Part shown: positions 9,395 through 16,610 of the stretch, piece by piece
How the letters are laid out: each line of letters opens with the position of its first letter
Numbering within the stretch: position 1 is the first letter of the stretch
Assembly: GCA_043734485.1 (NCBI GenBank)
Contig: JAYTFI010000220.1
Coordinates: forward strand, 1 to 32,683
Length of the DNA: 32,683 nt
Direction: 5' to 3'
DNA from: Acidimicrobiales bacterium
GTDB taxonomy: Bacteria; Actinomycetota; Acidimicrobiia; Acidimicrobiales; JANYDT01
Notes under the pieces: generated by a model
Databases searched by the model: none
What the model was told of the DNA's origin: nothing
What the model saw: only the letters and a program-made list of their open reading frames with translations
Made by a program: the position numbers and the translations under genes

Positions 9395-10384
9395 ATGCGC
9401 GCCCTGCGACTCCACGAACTCGGTGAGCCGACCGCGGTATTGCGGATCGAGGAACTAGCCGATCGCGAGCCCCGACCCGGCGAGATCGTGGTGGACGTCG
9501 AGGCTGCGGCGCTCAACTTCCCCGACATCCTGCTGTGCCGAGGCGAATACCAGGAGAAGCCGCCGTTGCCGTTCACGCCAGGGGTCGAGATGGCCGGCGT
9601 GGTGCGCGAGATCGGCGAGGGTGTCACCCGGGTGAAGGTCGGCGACCGCGTGCTCGGCGCCCCCAACTTCGGCGACGGCGCGCTCACGGAACAGACCACG
9701 GCCCTGGAGCGAGATGTCTCGATCATCCCGCCGACGATGGGCTTCGATGCCGCCGCTGCATTGCGGATCACATACCACACCGGCCATGTTGCCCTGCATC
9801 GGCGAGCGAACCTGCAGCCGGGCGAGACGCTGCTGGTGCATGCCGGCGCGGGTGGTGTCGGAAGCGCGGCGATCCAGCTCGGGAAGGCACACGGCTGCAC
9901 GGTCATCGCCACGGCGGGCGGGCCGGCCAAGGTCGCAGTCTGCCGATCGCTCGGTGCGGACCTCGCTATCGACTACCGAAGCGACGAGTTCGTCGAGGCG
10001 GTCAAATCCTTCACCGACGGGCGCGGTGCGGACGTCATCTACGACCCCGTCGGCGGCGACACGTTCGACCGCAGCCGCAAGTGCATCGCCTGGGAGGGCC
10101 GCATCCTGGTGATCGGTTTCACCGGTGGTCGCATCGCCGACGCGCCGACGAATCATGCGCTGATCAAGAATTACTCAGTTGTCGGCGTCCACTGGGGTGC
10201 GTACAGCAAGCACGAGCCGGCGATCAACGACGTCATCCACGACGAGTTGATGGCACTCCACGCGACAGGACGGATCGACCCGCTCGTCAGCGAAGTGGTC
10301 GGCCTGGGCGATGCGGCGGATGCTCTCACCCGGCTGGGCGGCCGAGGCACGGTCGGGAAGATCGTTGTTCATCCGCGCGCATAG
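9395..10384 (+). CDS. NADPH:quinone oxidoreductase / zeta-crystallin-like medium-chain dehydrogenase-reductase
   Basis: 329-aa ORF. It has the MDR pattern PGEIVVDVEAAALNFPD, GVEMAGVV.EIGEGV and the Rossmann motif LVHAGAGGVGSAAIQL. No zinc-ligand Cys/His pattern of true ADHs is present. Confidence 0.85.
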   Translation: MRALRLHELGEPTAVLRIEELADREPRPGEIVVDVEAAALNFPDILLCRGEYQEKPPLPFTPGVEMAGVVREIGEGVTRVKVGDRVLGAPNFGDGALTEQTTALERDVSIIPPTMGFDAAAALRITYHTGHVALHRRANLQPGETLLVHAGAGGVGSAAIQLGKAHGCTVIATAGGPAKVAVCRSLGADLAIDYRSDEFVEAVKSFTDGRGADVIYDPVGGDTFDRSRKCIAWEGRILVIGFTGGRIADAPTNHALIKNYSVVGVHWGAYSKHEPAINDVIHDELMALHATGRIDPLVSEVVGLGDAADALTRLGGRGTVGKIVVHPRA

Positions 10385-10411
10385 CAATTCGGACGACTCC
10401 GCTCGGTTGCT

Positions 10412-10512
10412 GCGCGCGAAGTCGGGTGCCCGCGCGCGCGAACTCGCCGCGAATCGCTTTCGAACATCGTTTCGAAGCGACTTCGCGCGCATCGCCCACC
10501 GAGTTCGCGCGC
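10412..10512. repeat. interleaved perfect inverted repeats (A 10412-10423 / A' 10479-10490; B 10434-10446 / B' 10500-10512) plus a central hairpin at 10455-10479
   Basis: Read directly from the sequence. A is gcgcgcgaagtc and pairs with A' gacttcgcgcgc. B is gcgcgcgaactcg and pairs with B' cgagttcgcgcgc. The centre is cgctttcgaa-catcg-tttcgaagcg. The element lies in the qor-trmD spacer. Confidence 0.6.
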
Positions 10513-10528
10513 CGGCGGTGCCGTCAGC

Positions 10529-11302
10529 GTGAAGCGACTCAGCGTCTTCACGCTTTTCCCGGCCCTGATCGAGGCACACGCGGCCACGAGCCTGCTCGGC
10601 CGAGCCCGCGAGGCCGGGGTCATCGAGGTTGTCGCGCATGATCTGCGCAGCCACGGCAGCGGGGTACACAAGGCCGTCGACGATGCGCCCTACGGCGGTG
10701 GTGCCGGGATGGTGCTGGCCCCGGAGCCCATCTTCGCCGCGGTCGAGGCACGCCTCGCCGCCGGTGACGCCAGCCGCCCGTTGATCCTGCTCGGCCCGTC
10801 CGGCCGACGCTTCGATCAGGCGCTGGCCCGGGAGCTGGCCGCCCTGGTCGACGACCGCGGCGGGCTGTCGCTCCTGTGCGGTCGCTATGAAGGGTTCGAC
10901 CAGCGCATCCACGACCACCTGATCGACGACGAGATCTCCCTCGGCGATTTCGTGATGGGGGGTGGTGAAGTCGCGGCAATGGCCGTGGTCGAGGCGGTCG
11001 CGCGGCTCGTCCCCGGAGTGATGGGCAACCAGTCGTCAGCGGATGAGGAGAGCTTCAGCGACGGCCTACTCGAGTACCCGCAGTACACGCGGCCGGCCGA
11101 GTTCCGAGGCTGGTCGGTGCCGGAGGTGCTCCGCAGCGGAGACCATGCCCGGGTGGCACGGTGGCGACACGCCATGGCCCTGCAGCGGACCGTCGAGCGA
11201 CGTCCGGACCTACTTGACGGACGTGACCTGCGGGCTTCGGAACGCACGACCCTGGCCGAGTTCGGTCTGGAGTTTTCGGAACCATCCGTCGACGCGTCGT
11301 GA
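10529..11302 (+). CDS. trmD: tRNA (guanine37-N1)-methyltransferase TrmD
   Basis: 257-aa ORF with GTG start. FTLFP near the N-terminus, [13 protein letters not shown] and GRYEGFDQR are TrmD signatures. Synteny with rplS supports the call. Confidence 0.93.
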   Translation: MKRLSVFTLFPALIEAHAATSLLGRAREAGVIEVVAHDLRSHGSGVHKAVDDAPYGGGAGMVLAPEPIFAAVEARLAAGDASRPLILLGPSGRRFDQALARELAALVDDRGGLSLLCGRYEGFDQRIHDHLIDDEISLGDFVMGGGEVAAMAVVEAVARLVPGVMGNQSSADEESFSDGLLEYPQYTRPAEFRGWSVPEVLRSGDHARVARWRHAMALQRTVERRPDLLDGRDLRASERTTLAEFGLEFSEPSVDAS

Positions 11303-11369
11303 CGAGGAGCGATCGTCGAGCGACTATCGTTTCCAGGCTTCCGTGAACCGACCGCCAGGAGTACCGGCA

Positions 11370-11720
11370 ATGAACCCGACCGACATCATCGACCGCGACA
11401 GCTTGCGGTCCGACATTCCGGACTTCGCACCCGGCGACACCGTGAAGGTCCACGTGCGAGTCGTGGAAGGCAACAAAGAACGTGTCCAGATCTTCCAGGG
11501 CCATGTGATCGCTCGTGCCGGTGATGGCATCCGCGAGACCTTCACCGTCCGCAAGATCAGCTACGGCGTCGGCGTCGAGCGCACGTTCCCGGTGCACTCG
11601 CCCACGCTTGCGCAGATCGAAGTCGTCACCAAGGGCGATGTGCGTCGCGCCAAGCTGTACTACCTGCGCGGGCTACAGGGCAAGGCCGCAAAGATCAAGG
11701 AGAAGCGGGTCGTCCGCTGA
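11370..11720 (+). CDS. rplS: 50S ribosomal protein L19
   Basis: ATG 11370 is preceded by AGGAG at 9-nt spacing. [44 protein letters not shown] is a canonical bL19 sequence. The ORF-track start at 11043 overlaps trmD and is rejected. Confidence 0.95.
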   Translation: MNPTDIIDRDSLRSDIPDFAPGDTVKVHVRVVEGNKERVQIFQGHVIARAGDGIRETFTVRKISYGVGVERTFPVHSPTLAQIEVVTKGDVRRAKLYYLRGLQGKAAKIKEKRVVR

Positions 11721-11926
11721 GCGACGAAGCCGACGCTGCGGCCCCGACCGGAGCACTCTCCACGGACGACACCCGGCTGGACCCGCGGGCCGACGAAGAG
11801 CTCGACGGCGCGGACCCCTTCTCCGCCGAGGCACCGGACGACGACATCTCGAGTGTCGGTCCGCTCGCGGGCGCGGGTGACGGCGCGCCCGATCGGGATC
11901 CGTCGGCTGATGCTGCGGCTACCGGT

Positions 11927-12574
11927 GTGCTGCCCGTCGTCGGCGCACTACGGCATCGACGCTCGTCCCCGGCTCGGACTGTTGCGGAGTACGCCAGCCT
12001 CGCCATCGTCGCGGTCCTCCTCGCATCGCTTATCCGCTCGTTCCTCGGGCTGGCCTTCTACATCCCGTCGGAGTCGATGGTGCCCACCCTCAAGATCAAT
12101 GACCGGGTGGTCGTGTCCCGGCTGAGCTACCACCTTCACGACCCGCGACGCGGCGACATCGTGGTGTTCCAGAACCCCGACTACAAGGCCGCCGACTCGC
12201 CCAACGTGGTGGAAAAGGTCGTCCGCAGTGTGTTCGAGGTGGTCGGCGTCCGCCAGCCGGAGGACAAGAACCTCATCAAGCGGGTCATCGGCCTGCCCGG
12301 TGAGTCGCTCGCCATCCACGACAACGCGGTCTGGATCAACGGGAAGAAGCTCAACGAGCCGTACCTGAAGACCTTCTACGCACGTGGCGGCGTGCTCGAC
12401 TGGGAGGGCCAGCCCGAGTACACCCAGAAGATCCCCTCCGGCCGGTACTGGATGATGGGCGACAACCGGGACAACTCCCACGACAGCCGTTTCTTCCACA
12501 CGATCCGACGCAGCGCAATGGTCGGGCGGGCCTTCGTTCGGGTATGGCCGTTCTCCCGACTGGGCGGGCTGTGA
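11927..12574 (+). CDS. lepB: signal peptidase I (minimal ORF from the first canonical start; a possible N-terminal extension to 11717 is described in findings)
   Basis: TM segment is followed by IPSESMVPTL (catalytic Ser box), then RGDIVVF, KRVIGLPGE and GDNRDNSHDSRF (Lys/box E). 215 aa from GTG 11927. Confidence 0.9.
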   Translation: MLPVVGALRHRRSSPARTVAEYASLAIVAVLLASLIRSFLGLAFYIPSESMVPTLKINDRVVVSRLSYHLHDPRRGDIVVFQNPDYKAADSPNVVEKVVRSVFEVVGVRQPEDKNLIKRVIGLPGESLAIHDNAVWINGKKLNEPYLKTFYARGGVLDWEGQPEYTQKIPSGRYWMMGDNRDNSHDSRFFHTIRRSAMVGRAFVRVWPFSRLGGL

Positions 12575-12599
12575 GGACGGCACGTACGCGGGTCGGGGT

Positions 12600-12902
12600 A
12601 TGAGCGCGGAAGACCTCGAACGCTACGAGTCCGAGCTCGAGCTGCAGCTGTTCCGGGAGTACAAGGACATCGTCGGGACGTTCTCGCACATCGTCGAGAC
12701 CGAGCGACGCTTCTACCTCGCCAACGGCGTCGTGATGACGCCGAAGAGCGATCCGGGCGGGCGCACATGGTTCGAGATCGAGCTCGACGACGCGTGGGTG
12801 TGGGACATCTATCGCCCAGGACCGGCCCGCTTCGTGGCCAAGGTGAAGGTGTTGACCTTCAAAGATGTGAACGTCGAGGAGTTGCACCGACCGGAGGTGT
12901 GA
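12600..12902 (+). CDS. DUF2469 family protein (actinobacterial conserved)
   Basis: 100-aa ORF. MSAEDLERYESELELQLFREYKDIVGTFSHIVETERRFYLAN matches the family I recall as DUF2469. In Actinobacteria it sits between lepB/rnhB and yraN. Confidence 0.85.
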   Translation: MSAEDLERYESELELQLFREYKDIVGTFSHIVETERRFYLANGVVMTPKSDPGGRTWFEIELDDAWVWDIYRPGPARFVAKVKVLTFKDVNVEELHRPEV

Positions 12903-12985
12903 GGCCGCCGACGGTTTGGAGAATCACTCAACCGAGGACGCTTAGCTACTCCCCAAAAGGGCTCGGGTTCGCCAAGGTGGACAGC

Positions 12986-13333
12986 ATGCCGAACGCCCGC
13001 CAGTACCTCGGAGCCCATGGCGAGGCCGTTGCCGCGCGCTGGTACGTGGCGCGTGGATTCTCGGTCATCGATCGCAACTGGCGGATCCGGGGCGGCGAGA
13101 TCGACCTGGTCGTCCAGCTCGGCTCACAACTCGTGTTCTGCGAGGTGAAGACCCGCACTACCGATGCGTTCGGCTCCGGCCTCGATGCTGTCGGCTGGAC
13201 CAAACAGCAGCGGCTGCGCAAGCTCGCATTCGCATGGCTCGACGCCCATCCAGCCGAGGAGTATCGAGCGATCCGATTCGACGTTGCTTCGATCGTGGCC
13301 GGCGTGATCGAGGTCGTCGAGGCCGCCTTCTGA
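12986..13333 (+). CDS. yraN: YraN family (UPF0102) predicted endonuclease
   Basis: ATG 12986 follows AAGG. GEAVAARWYVARGFSVIDRNWRIRGGEIDLVV...VFCEVKTR is the YraN/PD-(D/E)xK pattern. The upstream part of track ORF 12767 overlaps the DUF2469 gene. Confidence 0.85.
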   Translation: MPNARQYLGAHGEAVAARWYVARGFSVIDRNWRIRGGEIDLVVQLGSQLVFCEVKTRTTDAFGSGLDAVGWTKQQRLRKLAFAWLDAHPAEEYRAIRFDVASIVAGVIEVVEAAF

Positions 13334-13368
13334 AGTGAGTCGCTGAGACACCCTGTTAGGCCGGTGGT

Positions 13369-13479
13369 TCAGCCGAAGAACGCCCACACCACAAGGGCGA
13401 CGACGACGACGAGGCATACACCGACGAGTACGTAGTCCGAAGGCCGACGCCGATGCTTGCGGTACGGATTCAGGCCCAC
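13369..13479 (-). CDS. hypothetical small membrane protein (36 aa), speculative
   Basis: This is the 3' end of the long antisense track ORF 13369..14340. From GTG (CAC 13477-13479) it reads MGLNPYRKHRRRPSDYVLVGVCLVVVVALVVWAFFG: a basic head plus one TM helix, with GC-rich third positions. There is no clear SD and no family was recognised. Confidence 0.3.
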   Translation of the reverse strand: MGLNPYRKHRRRPSDYVLVGVCLVVVVALVVWAFFG

Positions 13480-13578
13480 GCCCCAGTATGTCCCGGCGGG
13501 TAAGTCCCGGGCGGCGAGTGGCCTGACCTCGTGGCGGCTGACCCGTCGCCGCCGGGGGACCTTCCCGAGACTGTCACA

Positions 13579-13597
13579 CCCCACCCGTAGGGTGGGG
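13579..13597. other. perfect 8-bp GC-rich hairpin (ccccaccc-gta-gggtgggg) in the yraN-comM spacer
   Basis: Read directly from the sequence. No T-tract follows on either strand, so it is not called a terminator. Confidence 0.4.
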
Positions 13598-13710
13598 CCA
13601 GCGCTCGAAGCCGGCGTTCCAACGGCTCTCCTGCAGGTGTCTCGGCCCATTCGGTCGCACATCGTCGTGCGGTCGGTTCCGGCCGTCGGTATCAGGTTCG
13701 GAGGTTGGTC

Positions 13711-15258
13711 ATGCTCGCTGCGGTCGGCGCGTCCACGTTGCTGGGTGCAGAAGGTCGTCCTGTTGTCGTCGAGGTCCACGTATCGAGTGGCCTCCCGACG
13801 TTCGCTGTCGTCGGCCAGCCGGACGGGACGTGCCGCGAGGCGCGTGACCGGGTCCGGGCCGCGCTTCTTTCCAGCGGGCTGCCGTGGCCCACAACTCGGA
13901 TTACGGTCAACCTGGCACCGGCCACGCTGCGCAAAGTCGGTGCGTCGCTCGATCTTCCGATCGCCGTGGGCATGCTGGTCGCCCTGGGCACGATCCCGCC
14001 CGAGCAGATCGAGGGGCGTTCCTTCCTGGGCGAGCTGGGTCTCGATGGGAGCGTTCGGCGCTTCAGCGGCGCGGTTCCCCTCGTCGATGCAATCGACGAC
14101 GCCGAGGCGGTGGTGGCCGAGTCGTGTGCGGCTGAAGCCTCGTTGCTGGGCCGCCACCGGATACGCGGTGTTGCGACTCTGCTCGAGGTGGTCGATGCAC
14201 TTCGTGGACTTGCACCCTGGCCTGACCGGTCCTGGCCGGTGCCGCCCGAGATCCCCGAGCACATACCCGATCTGGCCGACGTTCGGGGCCAGTCGGCCGC
14301 CCGCCTCGCTATCGAGGTGGCCGCAGCGGGCGGCCATCATCTCCTGCTGAGCGGGCCGCCCGGAGCGGGGAAGACGATGCTCGCCCGACGGCTGCCAGGT
14401 CTCCTTCCCCCGCTTTTGGTCGAAGCGGCGGTCGAGGTGCTACGGATCCATTCAGCTGCTGGTGTCACCATTCGGGGCGCCTCGCTACCCACCACGCCAC
14501 CTTTCCGCGCTCCGCACCACATGGCGTCCTCGGTTGCGCTTCTCGGTGGAGGTTCTCAGACGATGCGCCCGGGTGAGCTCTCCTGCGCCCATCACGGCGT
14601 CCTGTTCCTCGATGAGATGGGTGAATTCCCGGCGGCTGTTCTCGATGCGCTCCGTCAGCCGTTGGAGGAAGGAATCGTCCGGGTCGAACGGGCGAAGGCG
14701 AGTGTCGTCTTCCCCGCCCACTTCCTGCTCGTGGGTGCAACCAATCCATGCCCGTGCGGCTGGGCCGTCGCCGAAGGCGAATCGCCGCCGCCGGGGGTCG
14801 TGTCCCCGCCGTGCCGCTGTTCGCCGGCGCAGCGAAGTCGATATGCGCGCAGACTGTCCGGTCCGCTGTTGGACCGCTTCGATCTTCGGGTCACCATGCA
14901 CCGTCCTGATGTAGAGGACCTCCTCGACTCGGGCGGTGAGGAGTCGACGGCGACCGTGGCGGCCCGCGTGTATGCCGCACGCGTGTTGGCCGCAGCGCGT
15001 GGTGTCACCGTGAACGCCGACCTTCCGGCCAACCGGCTCGATGAGTGCACCGCGCTATCCCGCGGGGCGCGGTCACTTGTGGAGAGCCAGCTGCGCCGGG
15101 GTGGCCTTACGGCCCGCGGCCTCGCCCGCGTCCGTCGGGTGTCGCGTACGCTCTCGGACCTCTGGAACGAAGATCCGGACGCGCCCCTCGGGGCAAAGGC
15201 GGTGAGCTTCGCGCTCGAGATGCGGCGCTCGCCGAGCTTCGACGCGGTGGCGGCGTGA
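13711..15258 (+). CDS. comM: Mg-chelatase-like AAA+ protein ComM/YifB
   Basis: ATG 13711 is preceded by GGAGG (the track starts at TTG 13705). The N-terminal Lon-like domain reads VEVHVSSGLPTFAVVGQPD...REARDRVRAAL. Walker A is GPPGAGKT, GVLFLDEMGEF is present, and the C-terminal CPCG...CRC zinc-ribbon-like segment follows. Confidence 0.9.
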   Translation: MLAAVGASTLLGAEGRPVVVEVHVSSGLPTFAVVGQPDGTCREARDRVRAALLSSGLPWPTTRITVNLAPATLRKVGASLDLPIAVGMLVALGTIPPEQIEGRSFLGELGLDGSVRRFSGAVPLVDAIDDAEAVVAESCAAEASLLGRHRIRGVATLLEVVDALRGLAPWPDRSWPVPPEIPEHIPDLADVRGQSAARLAIEVAAAGGHHLLLSGPPGAGKTMLARRLPGLLPPLLVEAAVEVLRIHSAAGVTIRGASLPTTPPFRAPHHMASSVALLGGGSQTMRPGELSCAHHGVLFLDEMGEFPAAVLDALRQPLEEGIVRVERAKASVVFPAHFLLVGATNPCPCGWAVAEGESPPPGVVSPPCRCSPAQRSRYARRLSGPLLDRFDLRVTMHRPDVEDLLDSGGEESTATVAARVYAARVLAAARGVTVNADLPANRLDECTALSRGARSLVESQLRRGGLTARGLARVRRVSRTLSDLWNEDPDAPLGAKAVSFALEMRRSPSFDAVAA

Positions 15259-16466
15259 ACCCAGCCGATCCCGGCCGTGTCATTGTGCCAGCCGATCCCG
15301 GCCGTGTCATTGCGGATGCACCGGGCCGTATCGATGAGGCGGCGGCCGCGTTCCTTGTTCGGCTTCCCGGAGCGACCCGGCCGCGAATTGCGAGGCTCCT
15401 CTGTCGTTGGAGTCCTTCGGCTGCGGTCGGATTCCTAGCCGAAGGCAACCCGGTCGTGGCCGATGTGCTGCGCGGATGCCAGGGCATCGACGCTCTCCGT
15501 CGGTCATGGCAGCCGCGCTGTGCGTCAGCCAATCTCACCGCCGAGGCTGCCGCGCTTGAAGCGGCGCGTGTCGGGGTTTGGTGGGTTGGTCAGGCCCGTT
15601 GGGGTGCGGCCTTCACGGATGATCCGGAACCGCCTGCGGTGCTGTTCTTTCGTGGAACCCTCGGCGTCGTCGATCTTCCTCGCGTCGCCATCGTGGGCAC
15701 TCGGCACGCAACCTCGCAGGGCCGAGAGATGGCAAGGCTACTGGGTCGGCAACTGGCCGACGCCGGTGTCGCGGTTGTATCCGGGCTCGCTCTGGGGATC
15801 GACGCAGCGGCCCACGACGGCGCAATCGGGTCGGGCCGCTGCGGCGGAAATGGCCGGCCCATCGGCGTTGTCGGCTCCGGTCTCGACGTCATCTACCCCC
15901 GCCAGAATGCACGGCTGTGGTCCGAGGTCGCCGAGACCGGGCTATTGCTCTCGGAGTCGCCACTCGGCCGGGGGCCTACGCCGTCTGCTTTCCCCGAGCG
16001 CAACCGGATCATCGCGCAGCTGGGCACCGTCCTCGTCGTCGTCGAATCGCATGCAAAGGGTGGTTCGCTCATCACCGTCGACCGGTCGCTGGAACGAGGT
16101 CGGCGAGTGCTTGCCGTGCCGGGGAGTCCGCTCAGTCTGGCGTCCGGGGGCTCGAACAACCTGCTGCGCGGGTCGCACGACTCGCGTCTGGCGGTGCCCT
16201 GCCTCGGAGCGGATGACGTGTTGTCGTTGCTCGATCTCGATCGGACGAGCGCTTCGGTCTACTACGACCCCCGGCCCGAACCCACGATCGAAGGCACGGC
16301 GATTCTGGCGCTGATGGGTTGGGAATCGTGGTCTCTCGGCCGCCTCGTGCCCCGAAGCGGGCTCGGTGTCGCCGATGTCACGCTTGCGCTTGCCGAATTG
16401 GAGGCAGAGGGCTGGGTCGGGCGGTCGTCGGGACACTGGCACCGACTGGCGACTAGGCCGTGGTGA
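15255..16466 (+). CDS. dprA: DNA processing protein DprA (Smf)
   Basis: GTG 15255 overlaps the comM stop (GTGA). The Rossmann-like DprA core reads VAIVGTRHATSQG...VVSGLALGIDAAAHDGA...LSESPLG..P....FPERNRIIA. The track start at 15045 lies inside comM and is rejected. Confidence 0.88.
   Translation: MNPADPGRVIVPADPGRVIADAPGRIDEAAAAFLVRLPGATRPRIARLLCRWSPSAAVGFLAEGNPVVADVLRGCQGIDALRRSWQPRCASANLTAEAAALEAARVGVWWVGQARWGAAFTDDPEPPAVLFFRGTLGVVDLPRVAIVGTRHATSQGREMARLLGRQLADAGVAVVSGLALGIDAAAHDGAIGSGRCGGNGRPIGVVGSGLDVIYPRQNARLWSEVAETGLLLSESPLGRGPTPSAFPERNRIIAQLGTVLVVVESHAKGGSLITVDRSLERGRRVLAVPGSPLSLASGGSNNLLRGSHDSRLAVPCLGADDVLSLLDLDRTSASVYYDPRPEPTIEGTAILALMGWESWSLGRLVPRSGLGVADVTLALAELEAEGWVGRSSGHWHRLATRPW
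15261..15314 (+). repeat. 27-bp in-frame tandem duplication at the 5' end of dprA (PADPGRVIV / PADPGRVIA)
   Basis: ccagccgatcccggccgtgtcattg occurs at 15261-15285 and again at 15288-15312. Confidence 0.9.
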
Positions 16467-16536
16467 GCCTGGCGTCGGGCTGGGTGGTGAGCCTGGGGTC
16501 GGGTTGCGCGTTGGGTTGCGCGTTGGGTTGCGCGTT
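16462..16536. repeat. compound tandem repeat: a 24-bp unit x2 (ggtgagcctggSgtcgggYtg..) followed by the 12-bp unit gggttgcgcgtt x3 (perfect)
   Basis: The 24-bp copies are at 16462-16485 and 16486-16509, and the first spans the dprA stop codon. The 12-mers are at 16501-16512, 16513-16524 and 16525-16536. Confidence 0.9.
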
Positions 16537-16610
16537 GGTCGGAGCGTTTAGCCCTCCTCACCTGGCGCGGCTGGCCCTATGGGTGCGAGGAGGAAGGGTA
16601 TGGTCGGGCT

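Noticed and set aside
13369-14340. 323-aa minus-strand ORF overlapping comM
   Set aside because: Most of it is antisense to the well-supported comM gene. Only its last 36 codons, which lie in the intergenic spacer, were kept as a low-confidence small ORF.
13711-16466. comM-dprA as a natural-competence or novel DNA-uptake system
   Set aside because: The pair is a widely conserved neighbour pair in non-competent Actinobacteria, and no com pilus or channel genes are nearby. It is ordinary.
16462-16536. Tandem repeats as a CRISPR array
   Set aside because: The units are contiguous (12 and 24 bp) with no unique spacers, and no cas genes are in the window.
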